Below are positions 22,014-32,313 of a DNA stretch of 64,000 bases, piece by piece. A model generated the notes under the pieces. It did not search any database and was not told the origin of the DNA. It worked only from the letters and a program-made list of their open reading frames with translations. The stretch covers positions 11,964-75,963 of the forward strand of contig JBCCIP010000027.1 in NCBI GenBank assembly GCA_039111475.1, in the 5' to 3' direction. A program made the position numbers and the translations under genes. Position 1 is the stretch's first letter, and every line of letters begins with the position of its first letter. This DNA is from Pseudomonadota bacterium. GTDB lineage: Bacteria > Pseudomonadota > Gammaproteobacteria > Pseudomonadales > JAUIET01.

Positions 22014-22754
22014 ATGCGCGTTATGTTCAACAATCCATTAGTTAATGCCAAAGTGGCCCAATGGCCGGCGCGAATTGTTGTGGCGGTAGTCATGGGCTTT
22101 TTTGTGTCGAACGCCGTTGGCCAGGAAGCGGCTGTCGCCGAGAGCACGGTCGCTGAGGATACGACGGTGGCGCCGGATGAACTGATTCGCGATGCAACCG
22201 ATAAGATAGTCTCGGCGATCGAGCAGGCTAAGAAATATTACGATACCGAACCCGAGCGTTTCCATGCAGCAATCGATGAAATCCTGTTTCCACTAATCGA
22301 TTTTCGCAGCTTCGCCAGGGGTGTAATGGGTAAGCATGGCAGCCGCCGTTATGAATCTACACTGAAAGATGATGCCGCCAAGCAGGTCTTCCAGGCAAGA
22401 GTGGACGCCTTTACTGAGAAATTCAAACAGGGTCTGGTAGCCACCTATGCGAAAGGATTGTTGACTTTCCAAGGTGAGACAATAGATGTTCTGCCGGTAG
22501 GAGGCGGTATCGCCGCTGGCAAGAGCGTCAATGTGGTGCAAAAGATTCATGGCGACGGCAGCGAGCCGGTGTTGATTCGCTACAAAATGCGGCAGAACAC
22601 CGAAGGCTTATGGAAAGTGCGCAATGTGCAACTACAAAGTATCAATCTCGGGAAAGTGTATCGAAACCAATTTGCCTCTGCTGTTAGGCAATATAATTCC
22701 GATATTGACAAAGTGATTGAGAATTGGGTGGTAGAATCACAGGATGTTGAGTAA
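22014..22754 (+). CDS. mlaC: MlaC/Ttg2D-family periplasmic phospholipid-binding protein
   Basis: 246 aa with a signal peptide and a good SD (AGGGAGAAAGC-ATG). General similarity to MlaC (…LWKVRNVQLQSINLGKVYRNQF…) and the position just upstream of ibaG-murA support the call. Confidence 0.7.
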   Translation: MRVMFNNPLVNAKVAQWPARIVVAVVMGFFVSNAVGQEAAVAESTVAEDTTVAPDELIRDATDKIVSAIEQAKKYYDTEPERFHAAIDEILFPLIDFRSFARGVMGKHGSRRYESTLKDDAAKQVFQARVDAFTEKFKQGLVATYAKGLLTFQGETIDVLPVGGGIAAGKSVNVVQKIHGDGSEPVLIRYKMRQNTEGLWKVRNVQLQSINLGKVYRNQFASAVRQYNSDIDKVIENWVVESQDVE

Positions 22755-22794
22755 TCCCTCCGGCAGCCAAGGTTGCCTCTGAAAGAATAGCGAC

Positions 22795-23034
22795 ATGTTG
22801 TTGAACGAAATTAAAAGCTGTGTTGAATCCCACTTTGACGGCGCCAAGGTGCTCGTAGAAGAGAGCGGTGGCCACTATACGGTGACTGTAGTAGCTGAAA
22901 ACATGGCAGGATTAAACCCTGTGAAACGTCAGCAAGCCGTTTATGCTCCGTTGTCTGATATGATTGCAGACGGACGATTACATGCGGTTAATATCCGCGC
23001 CCATACGCCTGAAGAGTACCAACAGCTCGGTTAA
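22795..23034 (+). CDS. ibaG: BolA-family protein IbaG
   Basis: 79 aa of BolA-like sequence, immediately upstream of murA as in other gammaproteobacteria. Confidence 0.8.
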   Translation: MLLNEIKSCVESHFDGAKVLVEESGGHYTVTVVAENMAGLNPVKRQQAVYAPLSDMIADGRLHAVNIRAHTPEEYQQLG

Positions 23035-23088
23035 TTTCCTTCCCGAGCAGGTCTTGCGGTGGCTGGATCACAATCGTAGATACGCTAA

Positions 23089-24363
<1,275 letters not shown>

Positions 24364-24366
24364 CAT

Positions 24367-25002
24367 ATGATCACAATTGCCCTGACAAAAGGGCGGATTC
24401 TCGCAGAAACCTTGCCTCTTCTAGAGGCCGCCGGAATTCAGCCTAGCGAAGACATCGACGCCTCACGTAAGCTCGTATTCGAAACTAACGAAAAAGACGT
24501 GCGCTTGTTAGTATTGCGTGGAGCCGATGTAACCACCTATGTACGGCACGGAATTGCGGATTTGGGTGTAGCTGGCAAAGACATGTTAATGGAGTATGGC
24601 CTGGCGGACATTTACGAGTTGCTAGACCTTGGTATTGCACGTTGTCGATTGATGACGGCCGCACCGATAGGGCAGAGCAGTATCGATGGCAAACGCCAGA
24701 GGATCAGTGTTGCGAGTAAATTCACGAACATTGCTCGCCAATTTTACGAAGAAAAAGGGCTTAACGTGGAACTGATCAAGCTCTATGGCGCTTTGGAGCT
24801 TGCACCAATTGTTGGTCTAGCAGACGAAATTGTCGATGTGGTAGATACTGGCAATACCTTGGCGGCCAATGGCCTGGAACCGAAAGAGCTGATAGCAAAT
24901 GTTAGTTCCAGGTTGATAGCAAATAAAGCAGCATTGAAGGTAAAGTATGAGCGGGTTACGCATTGGAGTGACAAAATTCGTGCCGCTGTGGACGCACAAT
25001 AG
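24367..25002 (+). CDS. hisG: ATP phosphoribosyltransferase, short form
   Basis: 211 aa ([24 protein letters not shown]...). The short HisG(S) length implies a HisZ partner encoded elsewhere. Confidence 0.93.
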   Translation: MITIALTKGRILAETLPLLEAAGIQPSEDIDASRKLVFETNEKDVRLLVLRGADVTTYVRHGIADLGVAGKDMLMEYGLADIYELLDLGIARCRLMTAAPIGQSSIDGKRQRISVASKFTNIARQFYEEKGLNVELIKLYGALELAPIVGLADEIVDVVDTGNTLAANGLEPKELIANVSSRLIANKAALKVKYERVTHWSDKIRAAVDAQ

Positions 25003-25037
25003 GCATAGAAGGGCTGCTAGAAATAGGTAGGCATGGT

Positions 25038-26342
25038 GTGACAATTTCAAGACTGGACAGTCGTTCAGATAATTTTCTGCTCGAACTGGATCGCTTGCTA
25101 GCGTTTGACAGTGAGGATGATGCGTTTGTGCGCCAGCGAGTTAGTGAAATTATCGCCAGTGTACGCGACGCAGGCGATGCCGCTTTACTGAATTTCACTG
25201 AAAAATTCGACGGCTGGAATCCGGCAACCGTCTCCGATATGTGTCTGAGCGCAATAGATCTGAATTCAGCCAAGCAACAGATAAGCACCGAACAACTGCG
25301 CAGTCTTGAGCGAGCTGCTGAACGAATACGCGACTACCACGAACACCAAAAACAATCGTCGTGGCAAATTGAAGAAGCCGATGGAACAGTGCTTGGCCAG
25401 CAAGTGACCGCGCTAGACCGCGTGGGAGTTTATGTCCCGGGCGGAAAAGCCAGTTATCCCTCTTCGGTGTTAATGAATGTGATTCCTGCCCGCGTAGCAG
25501 GAGTACAAGACGTTTGTATGGTTGTGCCAACACCGGCGGGTGAGGTGTCGCCGCTGGTGCTGGCTGCGGCGGCCATTGCTGGCACGGATGAAGTCTGGAA
25601 GATTGGTGGTGCGCAGGCGGTTGCCGCCCTGGCCTATGGCACCGAGAGCATTGCGCGAGTGGATAAAATAACCGGGCCTGGCAATGTGTATGTTGCCGAG
25701 GCAAAACGTCAGGTGTTTGGTCGTGTCGGCCTGGATATGCTTGCCGGGCCTTCAGAAATATTGATCATCGCAGATGAAAATGCCAACCCGGAGTGGTTGG
25801 CGCTGGATATGTTTGCCCAGGCCGAGCACGATGAAGTGGCGCAATCTATATTGCTAAGCCCCAGTCAAGCCTTGTTGAATGATGTGAATGCGTGCATAGA
25901 GAGAATGTTACCGGACATGAATCGAAAAGACATCATTCGCCAATCTCTGCACAATCGTGGCGCGTTAATTTCGGTGTCTAACCTCGCTGAAGCGGTAGAG
26001 CTTGCTAACCGAATTGCGCCTGAGCATCTTGAGTTAGCCGTGGACCAGCCAGGGTCTTTATTGCCTTCGATTCGACACGCTGGAGCGATTTTTATGGGTG
26101 TGCATTCGCCTGAGGCGTTTGGTGATTATTGCGCTGGCCCAAATCACGTATTACCCACGTCGGGCACGGCGCGTTTTGCGTCACCCTTAGGTGTTTATGA
26201 TTTTCAAAAGCGAACTTCCCTGATCAACTGCTCACCAGCAAGCGCGGATGAGCTGGCGCTGATCGCTGGGGAACTTGCGCAAGGTGAGGGCTTGCAGGCG
26301 CATGCCTTGTCTGCTTTAGCGCGGCGATCTAAGTCCGATTGA
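25038..26342 (+). CDS. hisD: histidinol dehydrogenase
   Basis: 434 aa with a GTG start and typical HisD sequence (…[17 protein letters not shown]…AQAEHDE…). Confidence 0.96.
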   Translation: MTISRLDSRSDNFLLELDRLLAFDSEDDAFVRQRVSEIIASVRDAGDAALLNFTEKFDGWNPATVSDMCLSAIDLNSAKQQISTEQLRSLERAAERIRDYHEHQKQSSWQIEEADGTVLGQQVTALDRVGVYVPGGKASYPSSVLMNVIPARVAGVQDVCMVVPTPAGEVSPLVLAAAAIAGTDEVWKIGGAQAVAALAYGTESIARVDKITGPGNVYVAEAKRQVFGRVGLDMLAGPSEILIIADENANPEWLALDMFAQAEHDEVAQSILLSPSQALLNDVNACIERMLPDMNRKDIIRQSLHNRGALISVSNLAEAVELANRIAPEHLELAVDQPGSLLPSIRHAGAIFMGVHSPEAFGDYCAGPNHVLPTSGTARFASPLGVYDFQKRTSLINCSPASADELALIAGELAQGEGLQAHALSALARRSKSD

Positions 26343-27353
26343 CGCGATCACGCTGGTGTGTGATTCGCCGCGTCTAATAGCAATCTCGATCTCACTTCCC
26401 GGCTGTTTCAAAGCGATGATGTTCATCGCATGAATAGGGTCTACGACCGCTTGGCCGTCAATCGCAGTTAACAAATCGCCTGCGCGCAAGCCGGCTGTAT
26501 CAGCAGGCCCATTAGGGTGAGTGCCGGTCAGTAAAACACCGTTTACGGTCTGTTCAACCTCAATCCCTAGCCATCCGCGCATCACATAGCCGTGTTGAAT
26601 TAAATCATCCACAACCGTGTTTACATTGTCAGCCGGAATCGCTAGTCCAATGCCATCGGAGCCGCCGCTGCCAGCAGTGTAGATCGCCGTGATGATGCCC
26701 AGAAACTGTCCCTGAGCGTCGACTAATGCACCTCCAGAGCTACCTGGGCTAATCGCCGCATCGGTTTGAATCAGGTTTTCATAGGTCATTAACTGCAGAC
26801 CGTAGCGTCCTGTGGCGCTGACAATGCCTTGCGAGACTGAATGACCAAAGCCATAGGGATTTCCAATCGCAAGCACCAAATCGCCAACCCGCAAAGATTG
26901 CATGTCTGCATTGTGAATCACTGGTAGATCCTGAAAAGGAATTTTCAGTAGGGCTAAGTCTGATTCCCGGTCAATGCCCATCAGCTCCGCTTCAGTGATT
27001 TGCCCATTCGCAAGCAGAACCAGTATTTCATCCGCGCCGCTGACCACGTGGAAATTGGTGACGACATAGCCCTCGGCGCGAATAATAACGCCAGAACCAA
27101 GACTGCGTTGTACAAGCTCTCGGCGTTCCTGGCGGAAAAACTTTTGCAATGGGTTAGCAGGCCACCTGCGATCACGAACCGTTTTGCTAGTAAAAATATT
27201 CACTACTGCCGGTGAAGCGCGTTCTACGGCCGGTGCGAAACTAGGTAGTGTCACTTGCGCAGGGTTGCGATTAGCCAATAGCTGCAGAATTAACAAGCCC
27301 AGCAACACGCCGCAGACAACGGGCCAGGTAATATAGGATAAGAACGCTCGCAT
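26316..27353 (-). CDS. algW: DegS/AlgW-type periplasmic serine endoprotease (S1C, one PDZ domain)
   Basis: 345 aa with an N-terminal TM anchor, a trypsin-like core with GSSGGAL at the active-site Ser, and a single C-terminal PDZ. The 3' end overlaps the hisD 3' end by 27 nt. Confidence 0.85.
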   Translation of the reverse strand: MRAFLSYITWPVVCGVLLGLLILQLLANRNPAQVTLPSFAPAVERASPAVVNIFTSKTVRDRRWPANPLQKFFRQERRELVQRSLGSGVIIRAEGYVVTNFHVVSGADEILVLLANGQITEAELMGIDRESDLALLKIPFQDLPVIHNADMQSLRVGDLVLAIGNPYGFGHSVSQGIVSATGRYGLQLMTYENLIQTDAAISPGSSGGALVDAQGQFLGIITAIYTAGSGGSDGIGLAIPADNVNTVVDDLIQHGYVMRGWLGIEVEQTVNGVLLTGTHPNGPADTAGLRAGDLLTAIDGQAVVDPIHAMNIIALKQPGSEIEIAIRRGESHTSVIASIGLRSPR

Positions 27354-27441
27354 TATTTTTGCGCCTTAAGGCGTGGTTTCTCGGCATTGCGAAAAGGCGC
27401 CTCTATAATGCCACACTACACTGTCAGGATACGAAGAGAAT

Positions 27442-28209
27442 ATGCCCTGCACACTAGAGCAATTGATTGATCTGGCTGACCAAACCCTGCAGCCGCAACG
27501 CTTCAAGGACTACTGCCCAAATGGCCTTCAAGTGGAAGGACGACCAACCGTTGCACGGATCGTCACCGGGGTGACGGCCTGCCAGGCCCTGATCGACGCT
27601 GCCATTGACGTGCAGGCCGACGCAATTCTCGTTCACCACGGTTACTTTTGGCGCGGTGAGTCACCCGTACTGACAGGTAGGCGTGTCAAACGAATCAAAA
27701 GTCTGCTGGACAATGACATTAGCTTGCTGGGCTACCATTTACCGCTGGATGTTCATCCCGAGTTGGGTAATAACGCTAGCCTGGCCAAAGTGTTGGGCTT
27801 GTCCATTCGGAGTAATGCCGACTCCGTTGAGCAAGACCTGTTAATGGTTGGCGAGTTGGGCGAGCCAATGACTGGCGCAGAGCTTGCTGAACATATTTCC
27901 GTTCGCTTGGACAGACCGCCGCTGCACGTAGCTGCAGAGCCGCACGAGGATAGAAAGTTAAGTACGGTTGCCTGGTGTACAGGTGGCGCGCAAGGCTATA
28001 TTGAGCAGGCGATTGAGCTGGGTGTTGATGCGTATATAACCGGCGAAGTGTCTGAACAAACAGTGCACAGTGCGCGTGAGTCGCGGCTGCATTTTTATGC
28101 GGCTGGGCACCATGCTACTGAGCGTTTTGGCGTGCAGTCTCTGGGTAAATACCTCGCTGGCGCCTTGGAACTGGAGTGTCACTTTGTTGATATTGATAAT
28201 CCGGCTTGA
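27442..28209 (+). CDS. Nif3-family dinuclear metal centre protein (YbgI-like)
   Basis: 255 aa (…DAILVHHGYFW…AAGHHATERFG…), typical of the NIF3/YbgI family. Confidence 0.85.
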   Translation: MPCTLEQLIDLADQTLQPQRFKDYCPNGLQVEGRPTVARIVTGVTACQALIDAAIDVQADAILVHHGYFWRGESPVLTGRRVKRIKSLLDNDISLLGYHLPLDVHPELGNNASLAKVLGLSIRSNADSVEQDLLMVGELGEPMTGAELAEHISVRLDRPPLHVAAEPHEDRKLSTVAWCTGGAQGYIEQAIELGVDAYITGEVSEQTVHSARESRLHFYAAGHHATERFGVQSLGKYLAGALELECHFVDIDNPA

Positions 28210-28297
28210 ATGGGTCTATTCATCACCTCATAAGTTCTAACGTAGCCCTTAGTATAGGCGGCAAATAGGTTTGAACGTACGCTGAAGAAAGTCTTTC

Positions 28298-28759
28298 TTA
28301 CGCTGCATCGTTCGCCGGCTTCTCCAGGCCAAATTCTTCAGTCAACATGCCTTTCTCATCCGGACTTTTCTTAGGTGCGTAATCGCGTGGCGGCTCAAGC
28401 GGTAATTCAGTTTGCATCTCACTGACTTCTGCAACATTCTCTTCAGGCACAATTCCCGGTGCCTGCAGCAATGGCCCACTGGTTTCGCCGCAAAGTGCCT
28501 GCGCGCCGCCAGCAAGCTTTTGTTGTAACAGTGCGTAAGAACTGTTCAATGATTGGAATGCCTCAGCAGTCTCGCTGAAGTGGGACTGAACCGATTGCTT
28601 GTAGTTCTCCAGTTCAGCTTCTTTTGCTGCCAGTCGGCCCTCAAGTTGTTGTCCACGCTTGTATCCCGCACCAGTTTTCTTGCCCACCAACACCCCAATC
28701 AGTAAGCCAATAAATAAACCACCAAAGGCGATCAATGCGAGTAATACGTTTTGTTCCAC
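28298..28759 (-). CDS. zapG: Z-ring associated protein ZapG (YhcB, DUF1043)
   Basis: An N-terminal TM helix is followed by a coiled coil (…LEGRLAAKEAELENYKQSVQSHFSETAEAF…). I moved the start to the GTG at 28759, which is preceded by GGAGAG and makes the protein begin directly with the TM helix as in E. coli YhcB. The track ORF extends to 28798. Confidence 0.75.
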   Translation of the reverse strand: MEQNVLLALIAFGGLFIGLLIGVLVGKKTGAGYKRGQQLEGRLAAKEAELENYKQSVQSHFSETAEAFQSLNSSYALLQQKLAGGAQALCGETSGPLLQAPGIVPEENVAEVSEMQTELPLEPPRDYAPKKSPDEKGMLTEEFGLEKPANDAA

Positions 28760-28920
28760 TTTTCTCTCCGGCTGACTATCTACCACCACGAACAGCATCG
28801 TTGGTGAGCGTGCCAGTTGTCAGTATAACGCCGCACCATTGGGCGTGGAAGTCATCGGTATAATTGCTATCCCACAAGCTGAGCGGTAAAGTGCGCGGCT
28901 GATTCACCAAGCAGTAGATA

Positions 28921-30051
28921 ATGCAACCAGGCCCACTTAACCAATACAACCATTTGCTGACCTCACCCGAGTTTAGTGCTGACGAGGCCCAAAGGCGTGC
29001 TGTCGAAGCATTGCAGGTCGTTTTTGATGACCTGCAAACCGCCGGTAAGCTGCAAGCGGGCGCGAGTGCCAGACCGGAAGCAATACTATCGCGGTTACGC
29101 AAGCTGCTGAAGGTTGGAGCCAGCGGCGTGCAGATTCAAGGCCTGTACATGTGGGGAGGTGTTGGCAGAGGTAAAACCTGGCTGATGGATTTATTTTACG
29201 AGTCGCTCCCAGGATCGCGCAAATTGCGGGTGCACTTTCATCGCTTCATGCGGCGCGTGCACGCTGAGCTGACCTCATTGGAAGGTACCAAGAATCCGCT
29301 GGAACAAGTGGCCAGTCGCCTGGCGACCGAAGTTGATGTTATTTGTTTCGACGAATTTTTTGTCTCGGATATCACCGACGCTATGTTGCTGGGAGGTTTG
29401 TTTGAGTTGCTGTTTGAGCGTTATCGCATTGTGCTGGTGGCTACCTCGAATATTGTGCCAGATGATCTCTACAAGGATGGTCTGCAGCGGGCACGATTCC
29501 TGCCCGCAATCGATTTGCTGAAACAGCATACCCGTGTACTCAATGTTGATGGCGGCACAGATTATCGCCTGCGCACCCTTGAGCAAGCTGAGCTATACCA
29601 TCACCCGCTTGATGGTGACGCGGAGGCGGTGCTGCTTGATAGTTTTAACAAATTGGCACCGGAACCGGGCCATCAGAATGTTGAACTCGAAATTGAAGGG
29701 CGTGAGCTTATGGCGCGCTGGTGCGCGGATGATGTCGTCTGGTTTGCGTTTTCTGAGCTGTGTGAGGGGCCGCGAAGCCAAAATGACTACATAGAATTGT
29801 CCCGAGAGTTTCACGCGGTACTGATCTCTGACATACCGCAGATGAACGATGCGCAAAATGATGCTGCAAGACGGTTCATAAACCTGATAGATGAGTTCTA
29901 TGACCGCAACGTCAAGCTGATTGTTTCGGCCGAGGCGGAAATAGAATCCCTGTATCTGGGGTCAGGACTGGAGTTTGAGTTCAGGCGAACCTGCAGTCGT
30001 TTGCTGGAAATGCAGTCTCACGATTATTTGGCTCGCCAGCACAAAGCTTAA
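28921..30051 (+). CDS. zapE: cell division ATPase ZapE (AFG1-like)
   Basis: 376 aa with Walker [13 protein letters not shown], upstream of rplM as zapE (yhcM) is in E. coli. Confidence 0.88.
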   Translation: MQPGPLNQYNHLLTSPEFSADEAQRRAVEALQVVFDDLQTAGKLQAGASARPEAILSRLRKLLKVGASGVQIQGLYMWGGVGRGKTWLMDLFYESLPGSRKLRVHFHRFMRRVHAELTSLEGTKNPLEQVASRLATEVDVICFDEFFVSDITDAMLLGGLFELLFERYRIVLVATSNIVPDDLYKDGLQRARFLPAIDLLKQHTRVLNVDGGTDYRLRTLEQAELYHHPLDGDAEAVLLDSFNKLAPEPGHQNVELEIEGRELMARWCADDVVWFAFSELCEGPRSQNDYIELSREFHAVLISDIPQMNDAQNDAARRFINLIDEFYDRNVKLIVSAEAEIESLYLGSGLEFEFRRTCSRLLEMQSHDYLARQHKA

Positions 30052-30119
30052 GCTCTGGCTTGTTCAAAAGTGGCTACGGCAGCGCTGCCACCAGTGGAGG
30101 TTGCGTTTCGCATAAGTGC

Positions 30120-30148
30120 TTGAATTGGCTTTGCGTTTTCTGTAGTAT
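30120..30148 (+). promoter_or_regulatory. candidate sigma-70 promoter of rplM-rpsI
   Basis: TTGAAT-N17-TAGTAT lies 38 nt upstream of the rplM ATG, in the 134-nt zapE-rplM spacer. Confidence 0.5.
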
Positions 30149-30185
30149 GCGCGCTCTCGAATTCGGCGTCATTTACACCCCTACA

Positions 30186-31121
30186 ATGAAGACTTTTTCT
30201 GCGAAAAACGAGGAAGTGCAACGCGGCTGGTATGTCGTGGATGCTTCTGATAAGACTCTTGGCCGACTTGCCAGCGACATAGCGTACCGCCTGCGCGGCA
30301 AGCACAAGGCTGAGTACACGCCACACGTTGACACCGGTGATTACATCGTGGTCGTCAATGCAGCCAGCATTAGCGTGACTGGCCGTAAAATGAAAGACAA
30401 AATGTACCACCATCACACCGGTTATCCAGGTGGACTGAAGAGTATTTCTCTTGAGAAGCTGCTCGAAAAAGCACCAGAAAGAGCCTTGCAGAATGCGGTT
30501 AAGGGCATGCTGCCTAAGAACCCATTGGGCCGGCAGATGTTTCGCAAGCTGAAGGTATACCCAGGTGCCGAGCATCCGCATACAGCTCAACAGCCCGAGA
30601 CGCTGGATTTTGAGCAATCGCGCCAGGCATTTAAGAACTACAGCCCAAGCAAGTTTGTAGCAGCTGCTGCGGCCGTTGAAAAGCCAGCCGAGATTGCTGC
30701 GGGGACGGCGCCTAAGAAAGCGGCGGCCAAGAAAGCAGCACCGAAAAAGAAAGCAGCACCGAAAAAGAAAGCAGCGCAAGCGGCCAACCCTGATGCGCCA
30801 GGCTTGCAAGGTGCGACCGCTCAAAAAGCTGACAAGATTGCCTTCGGTGGCAAGAAATATAAGCCAGACGACCTGAAAATCGTGGAAGGTATTGGGCCGA
30901 AAATAGAAGGCTTGTTAAACGACGCTGGCATTAACGGTTGGGAAGACCTGTCAAATGCCGATCTGGACAAGCTTCGCGATATACTGGCAGCCGCTGGTAG
31001 CCGTTATGCGGTGCATGATCCTGGTACTTGGGCCAAGCAGTCTGCCTTGTGTGTGAAAGGCGATTGGGATGAGTTACAGGCCTACCAAGATGCATTGGAT
31101 GGCGGCAAAGAAGCGGGCTAG
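30186..31121 (+). CDS. rplM: 50S ribosomal protein L13 with a 169-aa C-terminal extension (K/A/P-rich linker + HhH-like domain)
   Basis: Residues 1-142 ([30 protein letters not shown]…[22 protein letters not shown]) form a full-length canonical L13. The same frame then continues without a stop to 31121. I trimmed the start from track ORF 30060 to the ATG at 30186. Confidence 0.9.
   Translation: MKTFSAKNEEVQRGWYVVDASDKTLGRLASDIAYRLRGKHKAEYTPHVDTGDYIVVVNAASISVTGRKMKDKMYHHHTGYPGGLKSISLEKLLEKAPERALQNAVKGMLPKNPLGRQMFRKLKVYPGAEHPHTAQQPETLDFEQSRQAFKNYSPSKFVAAAAAVEKPAEIAAGTAPKKAAAKKAAPKKKAAPKKKAAQAANPDAPGLQGATAQKADKIAFGGKKYKPDDLKIVEGIGPKIEGLLNDAGINGWEDLSNADLDKLRDILAAAGSRYAVHDPGTWAKQSALCVKGDWDELQAYQDALDGGKEAG
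30731..30777 (+). repeat. 18-bp perfect tandem duplication (GAAAGCAGCACCGAAAAA x2, plus a degenerate third copy) encoding AAPKKK repeats
   Basis: Read directly: 30731..30748 equals 30749..30766, with partial copies on both flanks. It lies inside the L13 extension. Confidence 0.9.
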
Positions 31122-31187
31122 GCGCTTCGTGCCTGTTTTAATGCACTTAAGTAATAGAAATATAGATTTGCGAATCGGACACTAGTT

Positions 31188-31580
31188 ATGGCAAACACAC
31201 AGTACTACGGCACGGGCCGGCGAAAGACCTCCACGGCCAGGGTTTACCTGCAGAGCGGAGCTGGTGCAATTACGGTCAATAAAAGACCTCTTGATACATA
31301 CTTTGGCCGCCAGGTAGCGCGTATGATCGTGCGTCAGCCGCTGGAAGTTGCCGAGATGGTCGACAAGTTTGATATCAATATTAGCGTAAGCGGGGGTGGT
31401 AGTTTTGGACAAGCCGGTGCAATTCGCCACGGAATTACGCGTGCTCTGCTAGAATATGACGAGAATTTACGAACACCTCTTCGCGCTGCCGGTTTTGTTA
31501 CTCGCGACGCCAGAGAGGTGGAGCGAAAGAAAGTTGGGCTACGGAAAGCACGAAAGCGACCACAATTCTCCAAGCGCTGA
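31188..31580 (+). CDS. rpsI: 30S ribosomal protein S9
   Basis: 130 aa ([19 protein letters not shown]…[12 protein letters not shown]). Confidence 0.97.
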   Translation: MANTQYYGTGRRKTSTARVYLQSGAGAITVNKRPLDTYFGRQVARMIVRQPLEVAEMVDKFDINISVSGGGSFGQAGAIRHGITRALLEYDENLRTPLRAAGFVTRDAREVERKKVGLRKARKRPQFSKR

Positions 31581-31638
31581 GCGAGCTGTATCAGCATGCG
31601 GTATTTGTTCGGCAGAATTGAACACAGTTCTGTCGGTG

Positions 31639-31667
31639 AAAAAACGTCCTCTCTGGGCGTTTTTTTA
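31639..31667 (+). terminator. rho-independent terminator/attenuator after rpsI
   Basis: The stem AAAACGTCC/GGGCGTTTT has a 5-nt loop and runs into TTTTTTT. It is preceded by a second 8-bp hairpin (31610..31635, CGGCAGAA/TTCTGTCG with one G-U pair). Confidence 0.7.
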
Positions 31668-31716
31668 CGTCTGGTCGTGATGTTCAATCACACATTAGTT
31701 GGCGGGAGACTACCCA

Positions 31717-32313
31717 GTGGATAATGATGGCGTTAACCAAAAGCGGAGACGTGTGCTCGGCGTGATGACAGCGGCTGTGGGCGGTGCGGGTGCCGTCGGT
31801 GTTGTCGTACCGTTTATAGGCTCATGGAATCCAAGTGCGCGTGCGAAGGCGGCAGGGGCACCGGTAACAGTTGATATCGGTAAGATTGAACCAGGTGGCA
31901 TGGTCACGGCTGAGTGGCGGGGCAAGCCTGTATTCGTTTTACGGCGCACGGAAGAAGCGTTGGGCAACTTGCCAAAGCTGGTAGAAAAGTTGAAAGACCC
32001 ACAGTCTGAAGCGTCAAAGCAACCAACGTATGTAGATGCTTCGAGTCGGGCGATCAAAGAAGAGTATGTTGTGCTTTTGGGGCTCTGTACCCATTTGGGC
32101 TGCTCGCCGAAGCTGCGCTCCGATGTCGGTGCGGTAGACCTGGGCGGGGAAGAATGGTTGGGTGGATTCTTCTGCCCTTGTCATGGCTCCAAGTTTGATC
32201 TCGCAGGAAGAGTGTACTCTGGTGCGCCAGCAACCACTAACCTTGAAGTGCCTCCTTACCGCTACGTCAGTGACAGCGTCATTGTGATTGGCGAAGACCA
32301 GGAGACAGTGTGA
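31717..32313 (+). CDS. petA: ubiquinol-cytochrome c reductase Rieske iron-sulfur subunit
   Basis: Rieske motifs CTHLGC and CPCHGS are present, with a twin-Arg region KRRRVL. I prefer the GTG at 31717 (GGGAGA 7 nt upstream; N-terminus VDNDGVN resembles Pseudomonas MSNDGVN from memory). The track ORF starts at TTG 31699. Confidence 0.92.
   Translation: MDNDGVNQKRRRVLGVMTAAVGGAGAVGVVVPFIGSWNPSARAKAAGAPVTVDIGKIEPGGMVTAEWRGKPVFVLRRTEEALGNLPKLVEKLKDPQSEASKQPTYVDASSRAIKEEYVVLLGLCTHLGCSPKLRSDVGAVDLGGEEWLGGFFCPCHGSKFDLAGRVYSGAPATTNLEVPPYRYVSDSVIVIGEDQETV

Noticed and set aside
28776-29102. 108-codon minus-strand ORF spanning the zapG-zapE divergent region
   Set aside because: It overlaps the well-supported zapE 5' end in antisense and the zapG upstream region. 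Its sequence is not protein-like, and the GTG start chosen for zapG makes the extension unnecessary.
30048-30824. 258-codon ORF antisense to rplM ([37 protein letters not shown]…)
   Set aside because: It is the reverse-complement shadow of the L13 core and its K/A-rich repeat. The repeated CFLFRC is just antisense AAPKKK. There is no independent start context or recognisable domain.
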